Source: Vampirovibrionaceae bacterium NZW_1234
Lineage (GTDB): Bacteria; Cyanobacteriota; Vampirovibrionia; Vampirovibrionales; JAGQHJ01
Length of the DNA: 64,000 nucleotides
Assembly (NCBI GenBank): GCA_041697335.1
Contig: JBGUGD010000009.1
Span: 1-64,000, forward strand
Direction: 5' to 3'
The notes beneath the pieces were generated by a model. The model searched no databases. It was not told the origin of the DNA and worked only from the letters and a program-made list of their open reading frames with translations. Positions 8,262 through 18,063 of this stretch are shown here, one piece after another. The position numbers and the translations under genes are program-made. Position 1 is the stretch's first letter. Each line of letters opens with the position of its first letter.

Positions 8262-10982
8262 CTAATCCAATTCTTCGTAGATTTTGTCAGAACCGTTCGC
8301 ATATCGGTCGGAAACCGGTAACACCGTTGTGCGTTGATACCCTGGAATAATCCCGTAACTGGATCGACTTGTTTTGGAAACACATTGCGGCGTTAAAGCG
8401 ATTAGTGCTGGCCGGGTCGTCGAAGTAACTGTAGCAGGAAGATCCATGACGAACATGGTGGACAGGTGTTTAACGTACATCATATTCCCGTCACCCTGGG
8501 CGGGTCGGTTGGCAACGTTTAACTGGGAATTCGGGAGCAGTGGCTGAGGGGCTTGCCCCGGATTGTTCGAGTCCCAGACGTACAACGTGCTAGTTTGTCC
8601 TGCCGGTGTGGACTGGAGGCTGATATAAACCTTGCCGGTATGGTTATCGAAGGCTAACGAACGGGACGAACTTTGATTGACATTCAAGGTATCGGCTACG
8701 TTGCCCAGATAGCCTCGAGTCAAATCAATGCGCAGAACACGGTTAACGGATATTGCCAGAAACTCATTTCGTTTGGCGTTATATCGTAAATCAACAAGAC
8801 CCCCGGCTGGCCAAATACGAGTGGGTGTAACACCTGTGGCGGGACGGATTTCTTGTACCGTTTTGAACACCCCGGCGAAGGAGGATGTTCCAGCCAGTGA
8901 ACCCAAGAGATGCTTTTGCTTACGACGAGTTGAGAAGGAACCCTCAACGGAGTTTGCTTGGGGTGAGGCGGAAGAATAACTATATCCCCAAAAGTCTGGA
9001 TCCCAGCGATAGACATTTTGGCCATCGTTGTTGCTTGCATCCGCGTTAATGACAATGTAAAAAGCACCATCGGCCTTGTTGTACATAATTTTAACCGCCG
9101 AGACATCACTAACTAGGTTGCGCTCGCCATCGGTTCTGTTTGGACTCTGAGCAAAAGAGATCAAACGAGCCCAATTGGTTCCTTCATTACTAATACTGAT
9201 CCCATTAACGAGACCATTGGCTTTTTGAGCTTTGACCAATTGCCCGGGTGGGATTTTGCCGCTGTTGTTCTGCCGGGGAGGCGACCAACTGCCTTGACCG
9301 CTGGAACCGTAAAGCCCAAATGGATCACTGCTGCCACCTGAAGAACCGGTGCTTCCCGTACTGCCTCCAGAAGCACCAGTACCCAATAATCCTTCCGGAT
9401 TAAGATTTGTCCGAAGGGCTTCATTCCGAGTATTGATAAAGATATTTTCTGTGTTAAAAGCTATTACCGAAACAGCTGTACGGACATTGGCACCGTTTCG
9501 AATATTGTGCTGTAATGGGAATAGGACAAATTTGCCGTCATCAGAGACCACGAGTTTACCGAAACGTATGGTGTTGGAGTCGGTGCGACTAAAGTTCGAG
9601 TTGGGGTTACCCGTACGAATAGGGGAGTTCGTAATTTTATTGTCCGTATCCAGTAAGGGAGCCCCTGGCACGCTATTCAAAGTGGCTGGATAGATAGCCG
9701 GTGGGGATGATGTCGTGTTTAACAAGAGCGGGAATTGAACAGGTAAAACGGCTACTTCTCGACGAAAGGGAGTGGTCGTTTGGTTAACGGTATAGGCTAG
9801 TAAGCGGCCCGGGTTGGCAGATGCATTGGAGAAAAAGGTGTAACTATCAATATTACTGTCCACAATTTGGGTTTGCGGTGTCGAGGCGAAAATGCCTTCG
9901 TCGTAAATGCGAGTGAGGTCCCAGCGTGCCCATGTGTAAATGAGTTGACCACTGGCATTGCGGTAAAAGATAAGGCTATAGGTGCCGGATTGACCGACAC
10001 GAGGTGGAAGGGTTTCAATATAGATGGGGTTTTCAATTTGAGGATTCGAGGTAGAGTAATTAGGCAGCAATACATCTCTGCTCAGGGTTCGGTTACCATC
10101 CCAGCCGACTGTGAGCTGAAGTCGCCATTGTGCTGTGGCAGCCAATGCAGGTGTTCTGTAGGCGACAAAGATGTTTGACGTATAGTCGGAATTGATGTTG
10201 GCCTGTTGCAGGCCGAACTTGTTTGAACCGGACAACAGGTAAAGACCGCGTTGGCGGAAGCTGCAGGACACAGGATCTGTTTGTGTACGCGAAGGAATTG
10301 TGCAGACAAATTGGTCACCGACTTGAAAAAAAGGTCCGGAGGTCAGGCCAATGTTAAAATTGCCATTTTCGCCGAAAAAGTTAGGAATAGTTAAGCGCGT
10401 CAGTGGGCCAAGATTGTTTGTGTTACACCGATCAATAGCAAGTGAGATGGTTTTTGCTCGAGATAAGGTTCCGGTTAAACCGTAGGGACCAGACTCTACA
10501 ACGGCCTTAATTGTATTTTGGTAGGGCGCTTCGTTGTAATGGTAGAGCGAATAATTATTGTTATTGTCCCTGTGGAGTTTGGAGCGAACAACAAGGGTGT
10601 TGCCGCTGGATAGACGAATGGTTTCGGTAAATTCTCTCAAGTTAGCGGGGAGCTGATTAAAGGCCGTTTGAGTCAGTTGCCGGTAATTGGGCATATTGTC
10701 ATTTGGGTTGTTATACAGGGAAGACCAGTTACTTCTGGCGAATAACTGCTGATTGTTCTGGAGATAGTTGTCTAGCTCGAGCAGGTGGTGGTCCATAACT
10801 CGCTCAATTTCTTGAGAAGTATCTCTGGACAAGAGTGTGGTTTCATTGATTGGCGCCAACATGACGGATGTTAGACTTAAGGCAATGCTGACAATGGACA
10901 TGGCACCCAGAAGCAAGGTAGTCGAGTTTCCCCGTGCTTTGGAGCGGGGTCGCTTATTTTCAATGGATCGAAGCAAGCGCAT
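8262..10982 (-). CDS. Large PilX/GspK-type minor pilin, possible adhesin
   Basis: G|NSTTLLL plus hydrophobic helix lacking Glu5. Long beta-rich body. Lies within the pilin cluster. Confidence 0.6.
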   Translation of the reverse strand: MRLLRSIENKRPRSKARGNSTTLLLGAMSIVSIALSLTSVMLAPINETTLLSRDTSQEIERVMDHHLLELDNYLQNNQQLFARSNWSSLYNNPNDNMPNYRQLTQTAFNQLPANLREFTETIRLSSGNTLVVRSKLHRDNNNNYSLYHYNEAPYQNTIKAVVESGPYGLTGTLSRAKTISLAIDRCNTNNLGPLTRLTIPNFFGENGNFNIGLTSGPFFQVGDQFVCTIPSRTQTDPVSCSFRQRGLYLLSGSNKFGLQQANINSDYTSNIFVAYRTPALAATAQWRLQLTVGWDGNRTLSRDVLLPNYSTSNPQIENPIYIETLPPRVGQSGTYSLIFYRNASGQLIYTWARWDLTRIYDEGIFASTPQTQIVDSNIDSYTFFSNASANPGRLLAYTVNQTTTPFRREVAVLPVQFPLLLNTTSSPPAIYPATLNSVPGAPLLDTDNKITNSPIRTGNPNSNFSRTDSNTIRFGKLVVSDDGKFVLFPLQHNIRNGANVRTAVSVIAFNTENIFINTRNEALRTNLNPEGLLGTGASGGSTGSTGSSGGSSDPFGLYGSSGQGSWSPPRQNNSGKIPPGQLVKAQKANGLVNGISISNEGTNWARLISFAQSPNRTDGERNLVSDVSAVKIMYNKADGAFYIVINADASNNDGQNVYRWDPDFWGYSYSSASPQANSVEGSFSTRRKQKHLLGSLAGTSSFAGVFKTVQEIRPATGVTPTRIWPAGGLVDLRYNAKRNEFLAISVNRVLRIDLTRGYLGNVADTLNVNQSSSRSLAFDNHTGKVYISLQSTPAGQTSTLYVWDSNNPGQAPQPLLPNSQLNVANRPAQGDGNMMYVKHLSTMFVMDLPATVTSTTRPALIALTPQCVSKTSRSSYGIIPGYQRTTVLPVSDRYANGSDKIYEELD

Positions 10983-11006
10983 AAATGACCTCTCTGTCCG
11001 TAGGGC

Positions 11007-12938
11007 TTATTGCCGGTAAACAATGGTGAGGCGACGACTAGGAAGTAATTGGTAGTAGAAGAAATTGGTATTTCCTGAATCGTTCTCTGTAGTGGTAATG
11101 AACGGAATATTGTTTAAGGGATCAAATGCAACGCCAATGGCGCTTTGAGACTGAGGGGCCAGGTCGGCTTTGGATAGAATTGGTGCAACAGGCCCGTTTA
11201 GTGGTGCATGGATATTGGACACGGCTAACACACGCTCATTGGCATTGGTACCAGTTTGAACATCTAAGCTGAGAAGTGTAGCGGTGGCGTTCGTCGAGAC
11301 TGAAGAACCCAGTACCGTCAAATAACGTTGGTGCAGAGAGTCGTACTCTAGCCCAACAACACCGTTGGTATTCCAAGCTGCGGTAAAGTCTCCTGCAATG
11401 GCCGGGTCGTTCAGTTTTGCCGATTGCGCTGAATAAACCACTCGTGTGGGATCGTCCTCGTTCTGATCTTTAGGATAGACACGAATATGAAAATCCCCAT
11501 TGGTTCGCTTGATGAGGGCGCAAATTTCGTTCGGAGTAGCAGAATTAAATGCGATACCGGCCACCTCCGAGACGTCGTTGGCTGTGATGTTAAAACGGGA
11601 AAGGAATTGACCTTCAGGTGAAAACCGTTGGATCCAGAAAAAATGGGTGGGATTAGCAGCTTGTGCTTGGGCGGGTGGACATAGAAAACCGAGGAGCCGA
11701 CTCAAAATAGAATGGTCAGAAAAGGTATGAGATTGTGCCAGCCGGGATGACGATGATGGAGAGTATTGGCTAAGCATGGTTAAATTTGTTTTCCCGAGTA
11801 CATAGATATTGTCATCACTGTCCTGGGTAACGCTCAGAAATTCGGCTTCGCCAAAGGGCAGTGCACCCGGATCGTCGTTGTGTAATACCACGGGGAAATT
11901 ATGAGTGATGGTTCCGCCTTGGGGAATGTTGATGTCATAGGAAACATAACTGGCAAGTCCGGGATGGAATTTGAAGATATAGTATCCACGCTCAGTTGGC
12001 GTAACGTTAGTATCAGAGTTACTGACAGCCAGGAGTTCACCGGTTCGGTAATTGTAATGAATGTCTTTCGGGCTCAATCGGATGGCAGTGGCCAACTCGG
12101 CTGCAGATTCCACAGGCACGCGATAATTCCCTATCATTGGGTCATTCTTTATTTTCTCAGCAATCCAGGCCTCCTGGGCATTCCAACGGCCTAAATGGGC
12201 AGAAAATGGAAAGAACTGGGATTCTTCCATGAAGCGATCCGGATTGGGGCTCATACTGGCTAGCTTGAAGAAAAGCGGAGATATGGTGACGGTGGCATTT
12301 CGATAGCGTAGTAAAAGGCCTAACGGGGTTTCCCGGGTACCGGATTGAAGACGGATACTGTCCGCTTTTTCGGGTGGAATGGGGTTTGCAGATGTTCCGC
12401 AATTGTTCTGGTGGCAGTAGACAAAGATGGGTGGCGTATTGCTTAGCCCTGAAATGGCATAGTTCACTTTATTGAGAATTTTAGACGCTGGTTTCCAGTT
12501 TTGGCTGTTACTGGCAAAGTCAGATAAACGGGCGTTGGCTGGAATGATTGCCTTCAGAAGCTCCCATTTGCCAGACCCTGCTTCAATTTCTCGGAGTTGA
12601 TACCCGACTCGAACTTCTTGATTGTTGGAGGGATTCCAGTAGGCCATGAATGTAAAACGCTCAATAGGCATGTCTTCGCCCAGGATGGCAGCATAGATAT
12701 TAAACGGGAAGAAGCGATGTGCCAGATTAATATCTGTATGGAATTCCCGGAAGAAATTATCGCTTTCAAACTGTAACATCCCACTGTTTTTCAGCTCTTC
12801 TGTCTGATCGACAGCTTTAATGGGCAACATGATTAAGGGGAAAACAATGATGGAAAAAATAGCGAGACTGGTTAGCATTTCAACAAGTGAAACACCTGTC
12901 CGATGCGATTTGAAGATAAGGGAAGATGAGGCTTTCAT
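11007..12938 (-). CDS. Large PilW-like minor pilin with propeller-like C-terminal region
   Basis: Prepilin site G|VSLVEML plus hydrophobic helix. Blade-like motifs (VAGIAFN, VGLEYDS, IGVAFDP). ATG 12938 chosen as start. Confidence 0.7.
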   Translation of the reverse strand: MKASSSLIFKSHRTGVSLVEMLTSLAIFSIIVFPLIMLPIKAVDQTEELKNSGMLQFESDNFFREFHTDINLAHRFFPFNIYAAILGEDMPIERFTFMAYWNPSNNQEVRVGYQLREIEAGSGKWELLKAIIPANARLSDFASNSQNWKPASKILNKVNYAISGLSNTPPIFVYCHQNNCGTSANPIPPEKADSIRLQSGTRETPLGLLLRYRNATVTISPLFFKLASMSPNPDRFMEESQFFPFSAHLGRWNAQEAWIAEKIKNDPMIGNYRVPVESAAELATAIRLSPKDIHYNYRTGELLAVSNSDTNVTPTERGYYIFKFHPGLASYVSYDINIPQGGTITHNFPVVLHNDDPGALPFGEAEFLSVTQDSDDNIYVLGKTNLTMLSQYSPSSSSRLAQSHTFSDHSILSRLLGFLCPPAQAQAANPTHFFWIQRFSPEGQFLSRFNITANDVSEVAGIAFNSATPNEICALIKRTNGDFHIRVYPKDQNEDDPTRVVYSAQSAKLNDPAIAGDFTAAWNTNGVVGLEYDSLHQRYLTVLGSSVSTNATATLLSLDVQTGTNANERVLAVSNIHAPLNGPVAPILSKADLAPQSQSAIGVAFDPLNNIPFITTTENDSGNTNFFYYQLLPSRRLTIVYRQ

Positions 12939-13305
12939 GGCCACCGAGACTCTGTTGCTGCCGTCCACACGAAACCAGGATCCACAGACCAGTATCGGCA
13001 TCAATGGGAGGGTTCTGCAATATCGACATAGGATCTTTATAAATGTTTACAGATAAGCCCTGGCTTGCCAACCATCGTTTGTAGGACATGATGTCGGTTT
13101 AAATCGGACGTCTTTCCTCAAGCGCAACGTCTGGTTAATTTTTAAACATCCATTGCGTCACGTGATAAGGTTATCGTTAAAAATTCTGGCAACTTATTAC
13201 ACCATCAGCCATGGTGACCAGAATTCAGGAATATTTGCCACGCCAAGATTAAAAAAATCGCTTACAATGGTGTGCAAGTGTTGATGATGGTAAGAGGTCA
13301 CCGCA

Positions 13306-13779
13306 ATGAATGCCTTAATGTCGAGTATGAACTGTGTGAGTAAAGCCGTTGGGCCGTGGGCTCCTCTTGCGATTCGGTTGACCCTCGGAATAGTTTTTAT
13401 GGCACATGGGGCAGATAAGCTCTTCGGGACTTTTGGGGGCGGAGGACTGGAAGCAACAGCCTCTCAATTTGAGCAGCTAGGGCTTCAGCCAGCTAATGTG
13501 ATGGCATTTATGGCGGGGGCTTCTGAGCTTGGAGGTGGCTTGCTCGTCTTCTTAGGACTTATGACTCGTCTTGGTGCGCTTATGATTGCAGGGACTATGG
13601 TTGTCGCGATTCTGACGGTTCATGGCAGTAATGGTTTATTTGCCCGTGACAATGGCTTTGAATATCCATTGATAGCACTCGGAGCCGCCTTGACCTTGAT
13701 GCTTTCCGGTGGCGGTATGATGTCCCTGGATTGCTTGTTTACTCGGGCCTGCTGCAAGCAATCCGATTGCGGACAATAA
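13306..13779 (+). CDS. DoxX family membrane protein
   Basis: RLTLGIVFMAHGADKL, ELGGGLL, GFEYPL, GGGMMSLD. Confidence 0.92.
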   Translation: MNALMSSMNCVSKAVGPWAPLAIRLTLGIVFMAHGADKLFGTFGGGGLEATASQFEQLGLQPANVMAFMAGASELGGGLLVFLGLMTRLGALMIAGTMVVAILTVHGSNGLFARDNGFEYPLIALGAALTLMLSGGGMMSLDCLFTRACCKQSDCGQ

Positions 13780-13800
13780 GTTGGTAGTTAAGAAAATAGA

Positions 13801-14141
13801 GCGGAGCTGTCCATAAGCCGGGTTCTGTTCTGGGCGATCATCTATCTGGGCCCTTGGTTGCCCAAAGGGCTCAAGCGACTTGGCGGGAACGGACGAGCCG
13901 CCCTTTCTGTTCCCTTGTCTTGCACCGGTCGGGGTTTACCTGGCCAGGACCTTCCGATCCTGCCGGTGGTCTCTTACACCACCGTTGCACCCTTGCCTGG
14001 TTACCCAGGCGGTCTTCATTTCTGTGGCACTATCCTCGGGATCGCTCCCACCGGGCCTTTACCCGGCGACCTGCCCTATGGTGCCCGGACTTTCCTCAGC
14101 CGATTCCGAAGAATCCGCCGCGATCGCCTGTCCAGCTCCGC
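13801..14141 (-). ncRNA. rnpB: RNase P RNA, bacterial type A
   Basis: Minus strand contains GAGGAAAGTCCGGGC near the 5' end and GAACAGAACCCGGCTTA near the 3' end. The termini GCGGAGCTG and CAGCTCCGC pair as P1. Confidence 0.97.
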
Positions 14142-14573
14142 AAGTCACCATTGTGCCACAGGGAAGTTCTAAAAGCGAGGCCGAGAAAATTTGTATCATT
14201 ATGCCGATGAAATGATAGATTGCTGTACTGGAGTTCAGAGCAATATTATGAGGAGGATGTAAAATGGGCTATTACGAGTAAAGCCAGGAACTCTTCTGGT
14301 ATTAATAGTATTTTGATGCCCAAAGTTGATACTCTCCCACAAGAATCAACTTTCTTCGGACTAGCCTTTCTCGTATTCCAAAAACGTTGAGATTGACTGC
14401 CATGTTTGGGCTTCGATTGTTTTAAAGTGGTTAATGGGGTCGACTGGGCCCAATAAAAGCCTGAGAACAGAGCAGACAGCGAAAAGATTATGGTAAATTA
14501 AATACCATTATTTTGCTCTTTGGAGGCTCCTGTGTTTGAAAATGAGTTAATTTTGAACCGAGTGGGAGAGCTC

Positions 14574-15311
14574 TTATTCCCTAATAGCAATAAATATGTC
14601 AGGGCAGCCGCTAATACGATACCCTCGCTCCAATAACGTGGTAATAATCTGTGTTGCTGCCTCAAAGCCAATCATTCCCCAGTGAAGCTCCAGAATGATT
14701 TTATTTACATCAAGCTGGAAATCCTGAAATAATTCTACCTCTCCCCCTTCTATGTCGCAGATGAGCAATGTCGTCTGATGTTCTTTGATAAGTGAGTCCA
14801 GGTTCACAGTTGGTATCTGAACCTGTTCCACTAATTGTAAATCATGTTCTAAATGTAATTCTAATAAACTTGATACCCAGAAGTCCTTATAAATATTAAA
14901 TGTCATTGGCTCACTTTTGATGGATGCAATGCCATTAATAATTCTGAGATTAGAGTATTGCTTGGTATTTTGTTTTATGAGTTCGCAGAACTTTGGAGAT
15001 GCTTCTATTGCAATATGCTGTTGATTGCTTTGCTTGCAGTATTCATTCGCTAAGAAACCAATACCAGAGCCAAGTTCCACAACTTTATCAGCTGGAGAAA
15101 TGTGTTTCAAAAGTAGTTCTCTCTCACTAGCTTCATAGTTCCCATTCATCAGCGTACGAAATATTGGCTTCGAAATGTGTGACGATGGTAGATAAAGTTT
15201 CCCAACCGCTGTTGAAAAAATCGATTTAAAGCAAAATCGTCTGAGCAGTTCGCACCAGACAGCCCCAATATTTAGATATATTTTGATAAATAAATGAAAA
15301 TAATAATTCAT
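14574..15311 (-). CDS. FkbM family SAM-dependent methyltransferase
   Basis: VVELGSGIG, IAIEA, LLICDIEGGE, ILELH. AT-rich sequence. Start uncertain. Confidence 0.85.
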   Translation of the reverse strand: MNYYFHLFIKIYLNIGAVWCELLRRFCFKSIFSTAVGKLYLPSSHISKPIFRTLMNGNYEASERELLLKHISPADKVVELGSGIGFLANEYCKQSNQQHIAIEASPKFCELIKQNTKQYSNLRIINGIASIKSEPMTFNIYKDFWVSSLLELHLEHDLQLVEQVQIPTVNLDSLIKEHQTTLLICDIEGGEVELFQDFQLDVNKIILELHWGMIGFEAATQIITTLLERGYRISGCPDIFIAIRE

Positions 15312-15597
15312 TCTGGAGTTAAACAACGTCCATGCATGTCATTACTATTATTTATTCTGGCTTTTTGATAACCCAGGTTAAAACATCGAAATAGATGATG
15401 TTGATTTCAAAGTTTAGAGAATTACTTTCACTGGTGTTAGATCTTTAAGTCTTTCTTAAGGCGGGCAATTTTGGGTGATCTGATGTTTTTTTTATCATAG
15501 AGAGAAGTGACACAACCAAAACCAAGCCAGAAAAATAAGAGAAGCAAGAAAGAGAGCGAAATTAAGAGAGAAGAAAGCGAGAGAAGCGAAAGTCCCC

Positions 15598-15771
15598 ATG
15601 TCTGTGAATGTGTTTGCGAATCAAAATGCCAATCAGGCCGCAGTGTTTTCCATGCAACCCAAGAAGTTGCCCAGCCCAGATCTCACTCGCCTGCCTGAGA
15701 TGAACCCGTTTGCTCAATCTATCGTCAGTGATCGGTTTGAGATGAGTTCAAATCTGGTGTTCAAGTCATAG
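15598..15771 (+). CDS. Small 57-aa protein not in the ORF track
   Basis: MSVNVFANQNANQAAVFSMQPKKLPSPDLTRLPEMNPFAQSIVSDRFEMSSNLVFKS. Preceded by a purine-rich leader and followed by a hairpin. Confidence 0.55.
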   Translation: MSVNVFANQNANQAAVFSMQPKKLPSPDLTRLPEMNPFAQSIVSDRFEMSSNLVFKS

Positions 15772-15854
15772 ATTTCCCCCGTTTCCTATCCTTCCCCCAA
15801 CCATCCCCCAGTCCCTCCCCCTAGTTCATCTACCTGACATCTCGAATGACGACT

Positions 15855-15890
15855 CAAGCACCCCGTCGCCAACGGGGTGCTTGCTGTTTG
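15855..15890 (+). terminator. Hairpin terminator
   Basis: CAAGCACCCCGT-cgcca-ACGGGGTGCTTG, 12-bp stem. Confidence 0.65.
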
Positions 15891-15980
15891 CCAAGGAGGG
15901 CGACCTCAGGGCTGACAATTTTCCCAGTTTTGGGCATACTGGAAGAACGACTGATTGGGCAATTGATTTTGCGGAGATCT

Positions 15981-17111
15981 ATGGGTTTTCAGTTTACATT
16001 GCAGGCAACGGATGGTCAGGCTCGTGCAGGGCAGTTTATAACCCCGCATGGGGCGATTGAGACGCCCGTGTTCATGCCAGTAGGAACACATTCGACGGTT
16101 AAAACCATTACGATGCAGCACTTGCGGGACATGAATGCCCAAATTATCTTGTCCAACGCGTATCATCTCTATCTGCGTCCAGGTCATGAGCTGATTAGGA
16201 AAGCTGGAGGCCTGCATGGCTGGGGTGGTTGGCATAAACCGATTTTGACGGATTCCGGCGGATTTCAGGTGTTCAGCCTGGGTAAGTTTCGGAAAATAAC
16301 CGACGACGGTGTGACCTTTAGAGATCCTATTACCGGCCGGACACACTATATCAATCCCGAAATCTCCATGGAGATCCAGAATGCCCTGGGGGCTGACATT
16401 ATTATGGCCTTCGATGAGTGTCCGCCTTACCCCTCAACCCATGAGTATGCCAAAAAGTCGATGGATATGACCCATGCCTGGCTGGAACGATGCTTTGCAG
16501 CTCACCAGCGCAAAGACGAGCAAGCGTTATTTCCCATTGTTCAAGGCTCGACCTTTGAGGATCTCCGATCCGCAAGTGCTGAGTTTGTGACCCAGTTTGA
16601 TGCTCATGGATTTGCTATTGGCGGTGTCAGTGTAGGGGAATCCAAGGATTGGGTGGATAAGGTTGTTGAGTTTACGGCTCCACTGCTCCCTGTTGATAAG
16701 CCCCGATATTTAATGGGGGTCGGGACACCGGAAGATCTCCTGGACTCCATTGCTCGCGGCATTGATATGTTTGATTGTGTGAATCCCACCCGAGTTGCTC
16801 GCCATGGTGCCTTCTTTAGAAGCACTGGGCGTCGGAACATTAAAAACGCCGAGTTTGAAGAAAATTTTGGTCCACTGGAAGAGGGTTGCCAGTGTTACAC
16901 CTGTCAGCATCATCACATTGCCTATGTCCGTCATCTTATGAAGATTAAAGAAGCAAGTGGGGCGACACTTTTATCCATTCACAATATTCATTTTCTGATT
17001 GATCTGGTGGTTCAAGCGCGTCAGGCAATTCTCGCCGGAACCTTCCATTCGTTTTACAATACCTATAGAGCCCGCCTGGAAATGCAACGCGAGGTAACGT
17101 TGGTTGAGTAG
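15981..17111 (+). CDS. tgt: tRNA-guanine transglycosylase
   Basis: TPVFMPVGT, YHLYLRPG, TDSGGFQVFSL, FDEC, RYLMGVG, CxCxxC...H zinc site. ATG 15981 with GGAG SD. Confidence 0.97.
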   Translation: MGFQFTLQATDGQARAGQFITPHGAIETPVFMPVGTHSTVKTITMQHLRDMNAQIILSNAYHLYLRPGHELIRKAGGLHGWGGWHKPILTDSGGFQVFSLGKFRKITDDGVTFRDPITGRTHYINPEISMEIQNALGADIIMAFDECPPYPSTHEYAKKSMDMTHAWLERCFAAHQRKDEQALFPIVQGSTFEDLRSASAEFVTQFDAHGFAIGGVSVGESKDWVDKVVEFTAPLLPVDKPRYLMGVGTPEDLLDSIARGIDMFDCVNPTRVARHGAFFRSTGRRNIKNAEFEENFGPLEEGCQCYTCQHHHIAYVRHLMKIKEASGATLLSIHNIHFLIDLVVQARQAILAGTFHSFYNTYRARLEMQREVTLVE

Positions 17112-17325
17112 TAGGCAGATTGGTCAGGAGCGCCGTCGTCGAGAGGGAGACCGCCGCAAATCCCCCCGTCCTGGGAAATTTGAACGGCGTAAGAATACCT
17201 GTGGCCATTGTGTTTTCTTTAAGCCGAAAACAACTGAAGTTGGTTTGTGCACAAAGCATATGACCGATATTCGAGCCGATGAGTATGCTTGTGTCTGGTT
17301 TGCAGCACGCCCGGTTGAAGAATAG
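17104..17325 (+). CDS. Small Arg-rich, four-Cys putative metal-binding protein
   Basis: ERR/DRR/ERR followed by CGHC...GLC...YAC. TTG start overlaps the end of tgt, SD GAGGT. Confidence 0.7.
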   Translation: MSSRQIGQERRRREGDRRKSPRPGKFERRKNTCGHCVFFKPKTTEVGLCTKHMTDIRADEYACVWFAARPVEE

Positions 17326-17452
17326 ACGCTTTACTCCCAGGTTTTCGATTCTGTTACAGCGTGTAAAGTTTTCAACCGGTCGTTGGATATTTGCTCTCGA
17401 TTGTCCGAACCCATGGTGAAATCCGTTGTTTAGATGAGCGAGGACAACACAC

Positions 17453-18010
17453 TTGAATTATTTCGGAGCAAATCCTCAGCCCTCTTGGAGCACAGGTGGT
17501 TATGGAGGCAGCTATGATGCATATAATCGTCTGAGACCTCAGCAAGGTCTGGAGCCCTCCGGAAGTTATGGCCCTCCTATGGTGTCGCCGGATCCTCTGC
17601 CCTTTGCCCAGCAGATTGAACAACAACTTGCTATTGTCGACTTTTGCTTTCCTGGCTTTACTCCTTTGGACACACAGTTAAAAACTCTGGCGTATCAATC
17701 CTTTCAGTTCGAGCCTGAGTCGCCCCAGGATATGCAAATCCAATCCCAGATGATGGCCTTGACACAAGGCTTGCCGGAGTATCAAGAGCCGCTACGACTG
17801 ACCTTTAATGCCCTTAAAAGAGCCAAATTGGCGAATGTGACAGGTTCTCTCTACACGATTATGGCCAACCTGGACCCGAGCTCCCCAGCGAGTTCCGAAA
17901 TTCAGAATCGTGTCGCACTCATCCAGCAGCTGGATCAATCATTGGCTTATGAGCAGCAGACAAGCGCGCAGAATATTATGCAAATGCGCATGCCTCCCTT
18001 CTACGCGTAA
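17453..18010 (+). CDS. Hypothetical protein, Q/P-rich with low-complexity N-terminus
   Basis: 185-aa ORF, SD GAGGA before TTG, followed by a terminator. Confidence 0.65.
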   Translation: MNYFGANPQPSWSTGGYGGSYDAYNRLRPQQGLEPSGSYGPPMVSPDPLPFAQQIEQQLAIVDFCFPGFTPLDTQLKTLAYQSFQFEPESPQDMQIQSQMMALTQGLPEYQEPLRLTFNALKRAKLANVTGSLYTIMANLDPSSPASSEIQNRVALIQQLDQSLAYEQQTSAQNIMQMRMPPFYA

Positions 18011-18044
18011 ACGCAAGCACTAAATAAAACGTCAGTGCTTGCGT
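18011..18044. terminator. Probable bidirectional terminator between convergent genes
   Basis: ACGCAAGCACT...AGTGCTTGCGT inverted repeat. Confidence 0.6.
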
Positions 18045-18063
18045 TCAAGAACACGATTTTATT

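Noticed and set aside
13854..14215. Three overlapping plus-strand ORFs
   Set aside because: They are antisense shadows of rnpB.
14425..14530. Possible tmRNA 5' end (AATGGGGTCGAC)
   Set aside because: No GGGGC acceptor stem and no matching T-arm/CCA 3' end found.
15507..15698. 63-aa ORF MTQPKPSQ...
   Set aside because: Likely a translation of a purine-rich UTR. The overlapping ATG ORF at 15598 fits better.
15846..15980. 45-aa N-terminal extension of Tgt in the ORF track
   Set aside because: It overlaps a terminator hairpin, and homology and the SD point to ATG 15981.
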